Sequence record: PQ671645.1
Reading direction: 5' to 3' (one strand)
Source: Escherichia phage DCP548
DNA: 64,000 bases
Shown one piece after another: positions 28,567 through 37,446 of the stretch. Made by a program: the position numbers and the translations under genes. How positions within the stretch are numbered: position 1 is the first letter of the stretch; each line of letters begins with the position of its first letter. The notes under the pieces are model-generated. The model saw nothing but the letters and a program-made list of their open reading frames with translations. It was not told where the DNA came from and made no database searches.

Positions 28567-29556
28567 TTATTTATAGTAAGAATTATGATTTTCGAGATAG
28601 ACTTGTTCAAGGAAATCATCCCAGAAACTCATATCTACTTTTTGTTGCATACCGTTCTTGGCAGCTTGTTCTGACGCATGTTCAACTTGGTCGACGATAT
28701 CTTCTAGGAATTCTTGTACAGTTTTAAACGTATGTTTACCGAGCTTAACATCGAGAATAAATGGAGCATCCTGAAGTGGGTAAACCAGGTCGCCGGTTTT
28801 ATAAATTTCTAATAGTTGAAGTCCACCACGACATGCATGACTCAATGCTTTCCAATCAATACCTTCGTTAGCTTCTGCCTTACGAGCACGTTCGCCATAG
28901 TTCTCTTCTAGTTTAACCAGGATGGCATTGAACTCTTTATTGGTTAATGTGTCTTGGAATTTACGGTCTAACAGATTATAGAATGTTTGCTTACCTGTTT
29001 TCTCGTTTTCGGTTTCAACCCATGAAGCAAATTCACCTACAGGCAGAACATTCTTCATATGTGATAAACGAATTACTGCACCATTATCAAAGTATTGTCC
29101 CCATTCATTAGAACGTTTAAGGGCTTGACGAAGAACAGCCAGTCGAGAACCCTTGACACCGTATTTAGAAGCTTGCTTACGGACATACCCTAAATAAGAT
29201 TTCATGTTAGTGGTATAGAAACGAGACCTGTTATCTTGAATATACTTCCATACATCAGGCAAATCAGATTTAACTACTAAACTTGGTGGAGTGTGAAGCA
29301 TATCTAATGCGACGGTTTCACCATCTGCAGCTAATTTAAAGAAATATTTGAGACTATACAACTCGTGGTCCACGTCGTCTTTTGTATTCTTAGAAGATGT
29401 GTTATTCGTGTTCTTGCTCATATGTTCTTTAACGTTACCGGTCAAAATATCACGAGCATGAGGGACATAAATTTCTTTAAAATCGACGTCAGATTCAGGA
29501 GTAGACGTTCCATAAAGGTGGCTACCAAAGTAGCCTTTCATAATTGTTTTCATCAT
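28567..29556 (-). CDS. Nucleotidyltransferase-fold protein (Pol-beta-like minimal NTase motif)
   Basis: 329 aa; N-terminal GS-x10-DVD signature (YFGSHLYGTSTPESDVDF). Confidence 0.45.
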   Translation of the reverse strand: MMKTIMKGYFGSHLYGTSTPESDVDFKEIYVPHARDILTGNVKEHMSKNTNNTSSKNTKDDVDHELYSLKYFFKLAADGETVALDMLHTPPSLVVKSDLPDVWKYIQDNRSRFYTTNMKSYLGYVRKQASKYGVKGSRLAVLRQALKRSNEWGQYFDNGAVIRLSHMKNVLPVGEFASWVETENEKTGKQTFYNLLDRKFQDTLTNKEFNAILVKLEENYGERARKAEANEGIDWKALSHACRGGLQLLEIYKTGDLVYPLQDAPFILDVKLGKHTFKTVQEFLEDIVDQVEHASEQAAKNGMQQKVDMSFWDDFLEQVYLENHNSYYK

Positions 29557-30026
29557 TTAGCCTTATATTCAAGAGTAGGACAGACTTTTTCTTTACGAGC
29601 TTTAAGGTATTCGCCTATTAATGATTTCTTACGTTCAATAGGTTCAAGTCCATTTTTAATTCGTTCTTGGTTTTGTGCAATGAGCTCAATTTCTTTATAA
29701 TATTTTCTGTCGTTATATTTGTCTAACAACCAAGACGGACCAATTACCAACCCGGTAGCAATAAAAGCCATGACTGCTACCATTAAAATGCCTACGCCAA
29801 TTGAGGCCGGAACTAATGTCCATAGACTACTAAAAACAAAGAATTTAGTTAAAATTTCCTGGCCAATGATTGTGACTGCTGCTAAAATCGCAAATCCAAT
29901 AATTGAAACAGCCAATACCGGGATTAGCGTTTTCCAAAAATAAGCACACAACGTTTTCGGACGATTCCATGTACTATTGAACGCGGCATAAATTTTAAAG
30001 TGCCAAGAGTTTTCATTGATAATCAT
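29553..30026 (-). CDS. Membrane protein
   Basis: 157 aa with several hydrophobic helices. Confidence 0.4.
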   Translation of the reverse strand: MIINENSWHFKIYAAFNSTWNRPKTLCAYFWKTLIPVLAVSIIGFAILAAVTIIGQEILTKFFVFSSLWTLVPASIGVGILMVAVMAFIATGLVIGPSWLLDKYNDRKYYKEIELIAQNQERIKNGLEPIERKKSLIGEYLKARKEKVCPTLEYKAK

Positions 30027-30035
30027 AATAATTCC

Positions 30036-30578
30036 TTATTTCAAAGTCGGGATAATAGAATCAAGATAAGCTTTAAGAGCAACTGCTTCATCTTTGTCTA
30101 ATGTAACGATATGTTGACGAAGGTCATCAATTTGACGAATAACTACGACATCACCATCTTCATAAGAAGGATTAACGCCTAGGACTGTTGTATAGTTAGG
30201 GCGGTCCTGATTTGTAATAAAAGCATTACGGCATTTAGCCCATTGAAGTTTGGCCTTTTTGGCTGTTTCAGATTCCATTAATTCTTTCACCTTAGTGACG
30301 AATGTTTTCCAATTATTAATAGAAAAACATTCGTCTTCAGTTTCGATATTAACCCCACTATAAAGTCCATGATAAAAACGAACTTGAAGGTCTTCGTTAA
30401 TGTTAATTACAGATGCATGACCCGGTGGATTGAGTTTCAAAATCTTGTCCAGTTCCATAGGAAGAATAGTAGCAGCATCATCTTCTTGTGTCAGAACATA
30501 CACATAACCACGTTTTTCAATACATAAATCACCAAACAACTCGGTTGTTTCAATTACAGTTTTCATATTATTCACCAA
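30036..30578 (-). CDS. Hypothetical protein
   Basis: 180 aa ORF. Confidence 0.4.
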   Translation of the reverse strand: MVNNMKTVIETTELFGDLCIEKRGYVYVLTQEDDAATILPMELDKILKLNPPGHASVININEDLQVRFYHGLYSGVNIETEDECFSINNWKTFVTKVKELMESETAKKAKLQWAKCRNAFITNQDRPNYTTVLGVNPSYEDGDVVVIRQIDDLRQHIVTLDKDEAVALKAYLDSIIPTLK

Positions 30579-30747
30579 TTAAAGTTTCAACAAAATTCAC
30601 CAAAGCATTCTGGCAAGCATCAACCTGATTTTCATAAAAGTCTTCGTTATCATTTACCGCATGATAAGCTACATCATTCAAATCTGAATCGGCTTCACGT
30701 AAGTCACGGATAAGGTCCATCAATTTATTAGCTTGTTCACGGGTCAT
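30567..30747 (-). CDS. Hypothetical acidic small protein (about 59 aa, below the track cutoff)
   Basis: Hand-read ATG ORF (MTREQANKLMDLIRDL...); coordinates approximate. Confidence 0.25.
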
Positions 30748-30911
30748 TTTACCATACTCGTTTCAATAAGATTCACTATGCCGTTTACCATGTTATAAGT
30801 AAACATCGGATAATTGTATTGTACTACAACATAAGCGATAAGCAAAAGTTTCATTTTGTTCTCCATTTGTTTTGGTAGGATTACTATATCATAGTCCTAC
30901 CAAGACGTAAA

Positions 30912-31202
30912 CTACCGATTATGTTTTAAAATACTATAAAGAGCTTCTACTTGGCTTGCATCCAGGTAAATAACATCATCATCTTGCTCAATGGAAATTC
31001 CGCCAGTATTACCTTCAACGAAATTACATTCGCATACTTCAACGGTGCGATATACATCACCAACTGGATGCTCAGGCTCCAGAACAATCACACCATCTTC
31101 AGAACAACCGCTTGGGTCATATAACATTACAGTTTCCTCGCCAACCATGAAAAGAATAAACCAATTAAAACAGGTCCTACAGCCATTGTTAACCAAGCCC
31201 AA
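30912..31202 (-). CDS. Cys-rich small protein, paralog of 31219..31437
   Basis: Shared core MLYD-x-GxSEDGV(I/L)-L-PE and CxxC pairs. Confidence 0.4.
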   Translation of the reverse strand: MGLVNNGCRTCFNWFILFMVGEETVMLYDPSGCSEDGVIVLEPEHPVGDVYRTVEVCECNFVEGNTGGISIEQDDDVIYLDASQVEALYSILKHNR

Positions 31203-31218
31203 GGTTCAAGATAATAAA

Positions 31219-31437
31219 TCATCTCATGCTCCTGTGCCAACAGTTTCTTGGTTCACGTTTAAAAATTTCATCATGCATTGATTGACAACCAACACAATAT
31301 ATCACCACCATATCATCATCTTCAGCGCTTTCAGGTAAAAGTTCAAGTACACCGTCTTCAGATTTTCCAGTATAATCGTAAAGCATAATATCCTCACATA
31401 ATCTCGTTAACATACATTTGCAATTCGGTGTGGGCAT
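31219..31437 (-). CDS. Cys-rich small protein, paralog of 30912..31202
   Basis: 72 aa; same core motif. Confidence 0.4.
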   Translation of the reverse strand: MPTPNCKCMLTRLCEDIMLYDYTGKSEDGVLELLPESAEDDDMVVIYCVGCQSMHDEIFKREPRNCWHRSMR

Positions 31438-31642
31438 CTGCCATCTTTTTCATAGCTCTGTTAATGTCGATGTCTCCATCTTCGCAACCATGAGCATTTT
31501 CCCAATCAGATACCGCATTAGCGTACTCTTCAATCAAAAACATTAACTTAGAAATTTTTTCTTTACGTGACATAACGTTCTCCTCTAGTAAGTAAGGACT
31601 ACTATAACACAACCTAAGGAAAAGTAAACTGATAGATGCCAA
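31394..31642 (-). CDS. Hypothetical protein
   Basis: 82 aa ORF. Confidence 0.35.
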   Translation of the reverse strand: MASISLLFLRLCYSSPYLLEENVMSRKEKISKLMFLIEEYANAVSDWENAHGCEDGDIDINRAMKKMADAHTELQMYVNEIM

Positions 31643-31667
31643 AAAGCCCCAACCTTTCGGAAGGGGC
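31641..31667 (-). terminator. Rho-independent terminator (GC stem GCCCC/GGGGC plus U-run)
   Basis: Minus strand gcccc-ttccgaaaggtt-ggggc then ttttt, right after the rI stop. Confidence 0.6.
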
Positions 31668-31674
31668 TAGTAAA

Positions 31675-31977
31675 TTAGATAGATGTAGGCTCTAATTTTA
31701 TTTTCATGAACTCGGCAAATTGTCTGGCAGTTTTTATGCCTTGTTCATGACATTCAAATGCATCATCACAGGGGCTATTTTTGTAATGCTTTGCCATATA
31801 CTTATAGAATTTTTCAGAATTCTCTACATTTTGAATTTCAAACAAAGTATATACGTTTTTAATCCCTGATTCCATAAAGTTATCAAAATATGGGTCGGTG
31901 TACGCAGTACCAACGATAGGAGTTGTTGCTGCAAAAAACCCCAGCATCGCCATGACAGCTATCGCTCTTAAGGCCAT
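31675..31977 (-). CDS. rI: Lysis inhibition regulator rI
   Basis: 100 aa; signal-anchor N-terminus and DPYFDNFMESGIKNVY...C..AFEC, matching remembered T4 rI. Confidence 0.85.
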   Translation of the reverse strand: MALRAIAVMAMLGFFAATTPIVGTAYTDPYFDNFMESGIKNVYTLFEIQNVENSEKFYKYMAKHYKNSPCDDAFECHEQGIKTARQFAEFMKIKLEPTSI

Positions 31978-31989
31978 ATAGGCCTCCTG

Positions 31990-32202
31990 TTAATTTTGGC
32001 CAGTATTTATTTTTCGCCTTTGGACGGCCTTAACATCTGTGAGGTATTTTTCCAGCTTGCGCTTGCGTGTATAATCAGCTTTAGAACCAGTTTGACGGAT
32101 ATCCTCGTTTAAATGAGAAATAGAATGTCCTAATTCTCTTCGGATTTCATCCAATTGGGCTACAGTAAGATTACGAAGTTGTCTTTCGTTTAATTGCTGC
32201 AT
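31990..32202 (-). CDS. Hypothetical protein (rI.1 position)
   Basis: 70 aa ORF. Confidence 0.4.
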   Translation of the reverse strand: MQQLNERQLRNLTVAQLDEIRRELGHSISHLNEDIRQTGSKADYTRKRKLEKYLTDVKAVQRRKINTGQN

Positions 32203-32229
32203 ATATACCTCTTGGTTAGATATTAGTAT

Positions 32230-32811
32230 TTATAACAACCCTGTCAAATCATTCCAATGCTTCCGGCATAATGACACATATCTATCAGTATCACCAATTT
32301 CAATTTGACTGCCATCTGTAATTGGAAGTCCGTCTTCCGTGACTCTAGCTACCATTGTGGCCTTTTTACCACAATGACAGACACCTTTAAGTTCAACAAG
32401 CTTATCGGCAATAGCCATTAATGCTTGAGAACCTTCAAATAGATTACCTTTAAAATCTGTTCGTAGTCCATATGCCATTACCGGCACATTGTATACGTCA
32501 ACAATACGACTAAGTTGATACACCTTTTCAGTAGTTAAGAATTGAGCTTCGTCAACAAATACACAATGAATATCCTTTTGTGCTGCAGCCCATTTATAGA
32601 ATTCAAAGATATCCATGTCTTTTGTAATTATATTGGCGTCCTGACGAATACCAATACGAGAGACTATTTCACCTTTTGAATCGCGAGTATCAATAGCCGG
32701 TTTAAGAACTAATACACCCATGCCACGTTCTTTATAGTTATGTGCGGCAGTAAGTAATGAAGCAGACTTACCAGCGTTCATAGCGGCATATGTAAAAATT
32801 AAACTAGCCAT
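32230..32811 (-). CDS. tk: Thymidine kinase
   Basis: 193 aa; P-loop MNAGKS and C-terminal zinc motif CHCGKKA...C; T4 Tk-like. Confidence 0.95.
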   Translation of the reverse strand: MASLIFTYAAMNAGKSASLLTAAHNYKERGMGVLVLKPAIDTRDSKGEIVSRIGIRQDANIITKDMDIFEFYKWAAAQKDIHCVFVDEAQFLTTEKVYQLSRIVDVYNVPVMAYGLRTDFKGNLFEGSQALMAIADKLVELKGVCHCGKKATMVARVTEDGLPITDGSQIEIGDTDRYVSLCRKHWNDLTGLL

Positions 32812-32820
32812 AAGAGTCCC

Positions 32821-33003
32821 TTATAGTGAATTCACGTAGTCAATGAGTTCTTGTTCTTTCCTGTCAAATGATTCCAACAATGTTTGATATTCTTCATCCG
32901 TCAAAGGAGCATATTCATCGTACGCATTGGTGGCTGCTTGCTCATCCAATAGGTCATGGATAAGTTCGAACAGTTTAGCTTTCTCTTCTTTAGTTAATTT
33001 CAT
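32821..33003 (-). CDS. Hypothetical acidic protein
   Basis: 60 aa ORF. Confidence 0.35.
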   Translation of the reverse strand: MKLTKEEKAKLFELIHDLLDEQAATNAYDEYAPLTDEEYQTLLESFDRKEQELIDYVNSL

Positions 33004-33212
33004 TTAGGTTCACCTTCTTTAACGAAATCCGGGTAAGGGTAAAATCCTGAGTAAAACCCTTCACCTTTATGATTGCTACAACCTTTGTTCGAACAGTAAC
33101 ACCAATAATCAAAATCACAAGCCATTTCGTCATTGCATAAAGCAAAAACTACAGGCCATTCGCATTTTTCGCATTTAGCACCTGTAAGAATTTTTGTTTG
33201 ACTCATAACCAT
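33000..33212 (-). CDS. Cys-rich (probable zinc-binding) small protein
   Basis: 70 aa; CEKCEW...C...C.C...C. Confidence 0.4.
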   Translation of the reverse strand: MVMSQTKILTGAKCEKCEWPVVFALCNDEMACDFDYWCYCSNKGCSNHKGEGFYSGFYPYPDFVKEGEPK

Positions 33213-33430
33213 GTCACCTTTAAGCAGTATTCTTCTACATGCTGTTTACGACCTTTCTTATCAATAAAGGTATATTCAACGAATGTTCCGATGTAGTCTT
33301 TATCTACATCATGTGGACTATTAATTGGACATTTGGTACGACAAATGCGTTCCCATTGACGAATAATTACTACCTTATTCTTTGGGTCATATGGATGTGG
33401 ATAATGTATATTCATAATAACGGTTCCCAA
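33203..33430 (-). CDS. Hypothetical protein
   Basis: 75 aa ORF. Confidence 0.35.
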   Translation of the reverse strand: MGTVIMNIHYPHPYDPKNKVVIIRQWERICRTKCPINSPHDVDKDYIGTFVEYTFIDKKGRKQHVEEYCLKVTWL

Positions 33431-33909
33431 TCAACAATCACAATTTCTAGTTTAGTGGAATACGTATCTAAAATCTCTTCGATGACATCCCAGTTTCCAC
33501 CACCGATACCTGCACCAATTCTTGGCATATAAATTACAGGCTTTGTTATCTTATTCTTTCCGAATTCATTTAATTCTATTATACAATTCATTAAAGCAGA
33601 GTACTCAAAATTAGGTCCCGGCTCAAACTGCGTATAAAGATTAAAGCAATAAGCTTTATGGGTCTTAAAATATTTTTCATAAACCGAATAAGTCCCGAGT
33701 TTAGACTTGTCTCCGAATTCGGTTTGAAGTTTATCGGCTTCTAAAATTTTTGGATAAGCCTTTGCTAATTGTCCTGCCACACCAGCGCCCATTGTATGAA
33801 AACAATTACACCCATGAGCAATATTATTACCTTTAGAAAACAGGGCGACAATATCGCCCTTGATATAGTTTTTAATCACTTGCTGCAAGTCCTCTATTAT
33901 AAGAGTCAA
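33412..33909 (-). CDS. Possible macro-domain (ADP-ribose binding/hydrolase) protein
   Basis: 165 aa; NIAHGCNC...MGAGVAGQLAKAYP resembles the macro-domain NAAN...GGGVAGAI segment. Weak, pattern-based. Confidence 0.35.
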   Translation of the reverse strand: MTLIIEDLQQVIKNYIKGDIVALFSKGNNIAHGCNCFHTMGAGVAGQLAKAYPKILEADKLQTEFGDKSKLGTYSVYEKYFKTHKAYCFNLYTQFEPGPNFEYSALMNCIIELNEFGKNKITKPVIYMPRIGAGIGGGNWDVIEEILDTYSTKLEIVIVDWEPLL

Positions 33910-34219
33910 CTAGACGGTCCACCATAGAATTGCATGCTGCCTTATCTTTAGGTTCCGCCACCGAGCATTCTAATATTTGCCATTTTTTATAGTATCTTTT
34001 AATTAAGGTAGACGCCTTGAACCTACTAGACGCCCCATCTTTTTCTCCGTCTTTATACGCATATAACAATTTTTGTGAAAAATCTACTTTACACTCTTGA
34101 CTTTTACCACAATAATCAGACGCCGTTCTGTTTGTATACTCCGTTACATCAGTATATGTAGTATTAGCAAGAGCGTTAAATGAAACCAAGCTAACTATTA
34201 AAGCCAACATTTTGGTCAT
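33872..34219 (-). CDS. Small secreted protein
   Basis: 115 aa; signal peptide MTKMLALIVSLVSFNALA. Confidence 0.4.
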   Translation of the reverse strand: MTKMLALIVSLVSFNALANTTYTDVTEYTNRTASDYCGKSQECKVDFSQKLLYAYKDGEKDGASSRFKASTLIKRYYKKWQILECSVAEPKDKAACNSMVDRLVDSYNRGLAASD

Positions 34220-34758
34220 TCTTTTATTTCCAGTAGTTTATTTGATTTAAGGTAATTAGCCTTTTCTAGGACTTCAGAAGCATATTTACTTCCAGCACTT
34301 GTCTTCCATCCCGCATTATATGAGGATATAGCTTTTCTTATATCCCCGTTATGTATATTTAACCAATAAGAAAATTCGATATAAGCCCATCTGGCTGAAT
34401 TAGACCGCTTAGATAGCATTTTCTTAATTTGGGCATCAGTCATATTGTAACCAAGCTGGTTAATTCTTGCCCTCATTGTTGGTAGATAATTTTGGAACAT
34501 TCCATACGCATGGTGACCTTTCTTATCTTTAAGATTAATACCGGCAGATGATTCTTGCCATAGTATTGCGGCCATTATGTATCCAAGTCCTTTCTTATGC
34601 ATATTTTCATGCGTTTTAAATTTTCCATCCTTAGAAAACTGTTCCCCAAACTGATAAGCATAATTCAAGTTATCGAGTTGGACATTACTAAAAGTATGCT
34701 CGGAGCTATGTGCTGATAATGAAAGAGCAAATAGACCAGCGAGTAGTGCTTTTCTCAT
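34216..34758 (-). CDS. Secreted lytic transglycosylase-like protein (SLT domain)
   Basis: Signal peptide plus SLT motifs QESSAG, AYGMFQ, YNAGW. Confidence 0.5.
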   Translation of the reverse strand: MRKALLAGLFALSLSAHSSEHTFSNVQLDNLNYAYQFGEQFSKDGKFKTHENMHKKGLGYIMAAILWQESSAGINLKDKKGHHAYGMFQNYLPTMRARINQLGYNMTDAQIKKMLSKRSNSARWAYIEFSYWLNIHNGDIRKAISSYNAGWKTSAGSKYASEVLEKANYLKSNKLLEIKE

Positions 34759-34766
34759 GTTTACCT

Positions 34767-35225
34767 CTAGATTTTAATCACTGCTTTAGAAGCTTTTCCG
34801 GGTAGTCGTTTACTGTTAATAATAGCCATTCTGCATTGAAGAGTCTTCATTTTGAATGCTGGATTTTCGCGACAAACTGTAAGTCCTAACCAAAGATTTC
34901 CATCAGTTATTTCTAAACGGCCTGGGCGATATTCGACACCTTCGACAAAATCTTCATCAACATCTGGACGTGCTGGCATTGATAAAAATTCTGCAACTTC
35001 TTTAACATGATTTTTTACTTTACGAAATAATTCAAAAACGTAATTCTCATCTATTTCTCTCTGGATGGCACGATCTAAGAGATGTTGAGAATACTTGATA
35101 TGAAAGCCTGGTAGTCCAAGAGACTTTGCAGCATCTTTTATACTGGCATTTATTTTGCGGAACTCCGTTTCAAAGATTCGACGGAGTTTATTACGGCGGA
35201 TAAAAACGTCTGAATTGATAGTCAT
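34767..35225 (-). CDS. regB: Site-specific endoribonuclease RegB
   Basis: 152 aa; close match to remembered T4 RegB. Confidence 0.9.
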   Translation of the reverse strand: MTINSDVFIRRNKLRRIFETEFRKINASIKDAAKSLGLPGFHIKYSQHLLDRAIQREIDENYVFELFRKVKNHVKEVAEFLSMPARPDVDEDFVEGVEYRPGRLEITDGNLWLGLTVCRENPAFKMKTLQCRMAIINSKRLPGKASKAVIKI

Positions 35226-35234
35226 TTTGATTTC

Positions 35235-35280
35235 TCCTCTAGTTGACAGGTCTATAGTAACACAACTAGAGGAGAAGTAA
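35235..35280 (-). promoter_or_regulatory. Early promoter with 14-bp inverted repeat (promoter-stem-loop cassette) upstream of regB
   Basis: Minus strand GTTTAC-ttctcctctagttg-tgtTACTATAGAcctgt-caactagaggagaa-ATG. Confidence 0.45.
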
Positions 35281-35281
35281 A

Positions 35282-35581
35282 CTACTCTTTGAAAGGAATT
35301 AACTTTTTAACTGCTTTAGATACTTCGTCACGAACCTGATGGAAGTTCTTGAGCTGTTCAAGGCGTTGTTCGTAATACGCAATCTCATCTTCTTCAAGAC
35401 AATCGTCAGCGTCTTCTTTCAGATATGCCTTGTACTCATTAAAGAGGGCCCATAGGCGGTTCTCAAAGTCATCAAGGCTTTGAATTTTCTTGTGCTTCGG
35501 AACAAGGCCAAAAGGATTGCTTTCAGTTATGCGTCTAGATGATTCATAATGAGTTCCAAAGCCTGATAGGATTTGAGCCAT
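35282..35581 (-). CDS. Hypothetical protein (vs.3/vs.4 region)
   Basis: 99 aa acidic helical ORF. Confidence 0.4.
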   Translation of the reverse strand: MAQILSGFGTHYESSRRITESNPFGLVPKHKKIQSLDDFENRLWALFNEYKAYLKEDADDCLEEDEIAYYEQRLEQLKNFHQVRDEVSKAVKKLIPFKE

Positions 35582-35847
35582 TAGTATTTTTCCTCAGGTC
35601 GAAATACTGCACGACAGGCCCACATGCTGGCTTCTTTTAGATGTTGCTTAGCATACTTAAGAGCCTGCACTGCATCCATATCTTCTTTGGTTTGTTGCTC
35701 TGATTCATTTTCTTTCAAGATATATGCTTCTTCAATCAGAGCATCAAACATCAATCCAAGACGGACTTCTGCGTCTTTAATAGCGTTCACTTTACTGATT
35801 TTATCATCGGTATGTGGCTTGTAGCCTTTGATGTCTTCAATCGACAT
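35581..35847 (-). CDS. Hypothetical protein (vs.x region; Acb2/Vs.4 candidate by size and position only)
   Basis: Track ORF trimmed to the internal Met ([10 protein letters not shown]...), about 88 aa. Confidence 0.3.
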   Translation of the reverse strand: MSIEDIKGYKPHTDDKISKVNAIKDAEVRLGLMFDALIEEAYILKENESEQQTKEDMDAVQALKYAKQHLKEASMWACRAVFRPEEKY

Positions 35848-36061
35848 AAGGAATTTCCTCATAGGTGGCAAGGTCATATTCGACCAATTGGATAGGCTCA
35901 TTAATACCATATCCGCGTACAGTGATATCGGTTGACGGATATTTTCCAGTAATATCACCCGTTCTAAATGCTTCAATGAATGATTGCTCGCCTGAGCAAC
36001 CAAACCAGGCGGCAAAACATTTTAAAACATCTTCAGACCCTTCTATAATCAATTTAGCCAT
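35837..36061 (-). CDS. Hypothetical protein
   Basis: 74 aa ORF. Confidence 0.35.
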   Translation of the reverse strand: MAKLIIEGSEDVLKCFAAWFGCSGEQSFIEAFRTGDITGKYPSTDITVRGYGINEPIQLVEYDLATYEEIPYVD

Positions 36062-36423
36062 TATAGACTCTCAGTAAAGGTACGAGCGATAACGTCGCGC
36101 TGCTGTTCCGGAGTCAGAGAGTTAAAGCGAACTGCATAACCGGATACACGGATGGTCAGCTGCGGATATTTTTCCGGATGCTTAACTGCATCTTCCAGAG
36201 TTTCGCGACGCAGAACGTTAACGTTCAGGTGTTGACCACCTTCAATTTTAACTTTAGGTTGATGTTCAATTTCAATTTCACGAGCATGCAAACCGTAGAA
36301 AATTTCCGGGTCTACAATAGCATCTTCTTTAAAAGTCTTAGAGACAATAATCCGGGCTTGAGTACCGTCTTCAAAATAAATAGTGCCTTTATGTGCACCT
36401 TCAAGAATTTGATATGCTTTCAT
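36061..36423 (-). CDS. grcA: Autonomous glycyl radical cofactor (GrcA/YfiD-like; T4 Y06I-type)
   Basis: C-terminal about 60 aa essentially identical to the E. coli GrcA C-terminus ([59 protein letters not shown]); N-terminal half is phage-specific. Confidence 0.85.
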   Translation of the reverse strand: MKAYQILEGAHKGTIYFEDGTQARIIVSKTFKEDAIVDPEIFYGLHAREIEIEHQPKVKIEGGQHLNVNVLRRETLEDAVKHPEKYPQLTIRVSGYAVRFNSLTPEQQRDVIARTFTESL

Positions 36424-36429
36424 ATAACC

Positions 36430-36738
36430 TCAATTAGAAAATAAATTTATCCAAGATTTTTCTTTAATCAAAAATGGGTCGGAATTAAACGCCATTAAAC
36501 TTTGAGTGATTAATCCCTTAAATGGCCCATCAATAAATTCCATTTTGAAATGCGGAATACTAGTCATCAACTGTGCATTAGGAGCGGTACAAAGAACCTG
36601 CTGCCCTGCGAACGGACCTTTAGTCAAACGATATCGTTTAGGTTTAAAATGGTAAATCTCATAATTTTCTACAAGAGCCCTTTTATTGCATACTGGGCTG
36701 CTATAACAATACTCAAAAACTTCAATAGTTGTCATCAT
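36430..36738 (-). CDS. Hypothetical protein
   Basis: Track ORF trimmed to the internal Met. Confidence 0.35.
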   Translation of the reverse strand: MMTTIEVFEYCYSSPVCNKRALVENYEIYHFKPKRYRLTKGPFAGQQVLCTAPNAQLMTSIPHFKMEFIDGPFKGLITQSLMAFNSDPFLIKEKSWINLFSN

Positions 36739-37274
36739 TGCATTCCAATCACAAAAAATTGAGGACGAGCAATACCACCGATGCAATATTTGCTTTTGCA
36801 ACAGTGTTGGACTGTTTTAATATGGATGTCGTAAATCTTATCCATATCAGGAGCTTTAATAGGCTCGTCAATTATGTACAGAATACGAGAAAGTGTTAAT
36901 CCACGGAATTTATGTCCTTCATTACCAATAAAACTACGGACAGAATCAGTAAATAAACGGAATCGAATATCATCGCTAGAATATCGAGAAAATTCTTTTT
37001 CAATGTTGCCAGCAGAAATTTTAGCATAAGCTGAAGTATTAGAAAGAACAATAACCGTTCCGCCATCATACAACCAATTAGCAGCAAAATTAGTCACAGC
37101 AATTGATTTACCGGATTGTCTGCCACCGTCTAAACGAAGTGTACAGTACTGCTTGAGTACGTCTTCAAATGGTGGGGCATAACCGTTCTTACAAATTTCT
37201 TCTACTCTAGCATCAGAATGGTGTGTAAAAGCATTCATCAGGGATAGATAAGGTCCAGTTAAAAATGTTCTCAT
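36735..37274 (-). CDS. Hypothetical protein with P-loop-like motif
   Basis: GGRQSGKS Walker-A-like motif; start set at the MRTFLTG Met. Confidence 0.4.
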   Translation of the reverse strand: MRTFLTGPYLSLMNAFTHHSDARVEEICKNGYAPPFEDVLKQYCTLRLDGGRQSGKSIAVTNFAANWLYDGGTVIVLSNTSAYAKISAGNIEKEFSRYSSDDIRFRLFTDSVRSFIGNEGHKFRGLTLSRILYIIDEPIKAPDMDKIYDIHIKTVQHCCKSKYCIGGIARPQFFVIGMQ

Positions 37275-37446
37275 ATTATTTCTCTTAAGGTTTGGGCCAT
37301 TCCGTGGCACATGTTAGGTCCTTCGACTCGCTATGTAAACCCATTACCGCATTGCGCTCGACCTTATTACAGGTTGGAAAAGGTACATCACTCAGAGGAC
37401 TCGACGTTCATAAGGAGAGGTTGCGTTTCCCTTTATTAGGCAAGAA

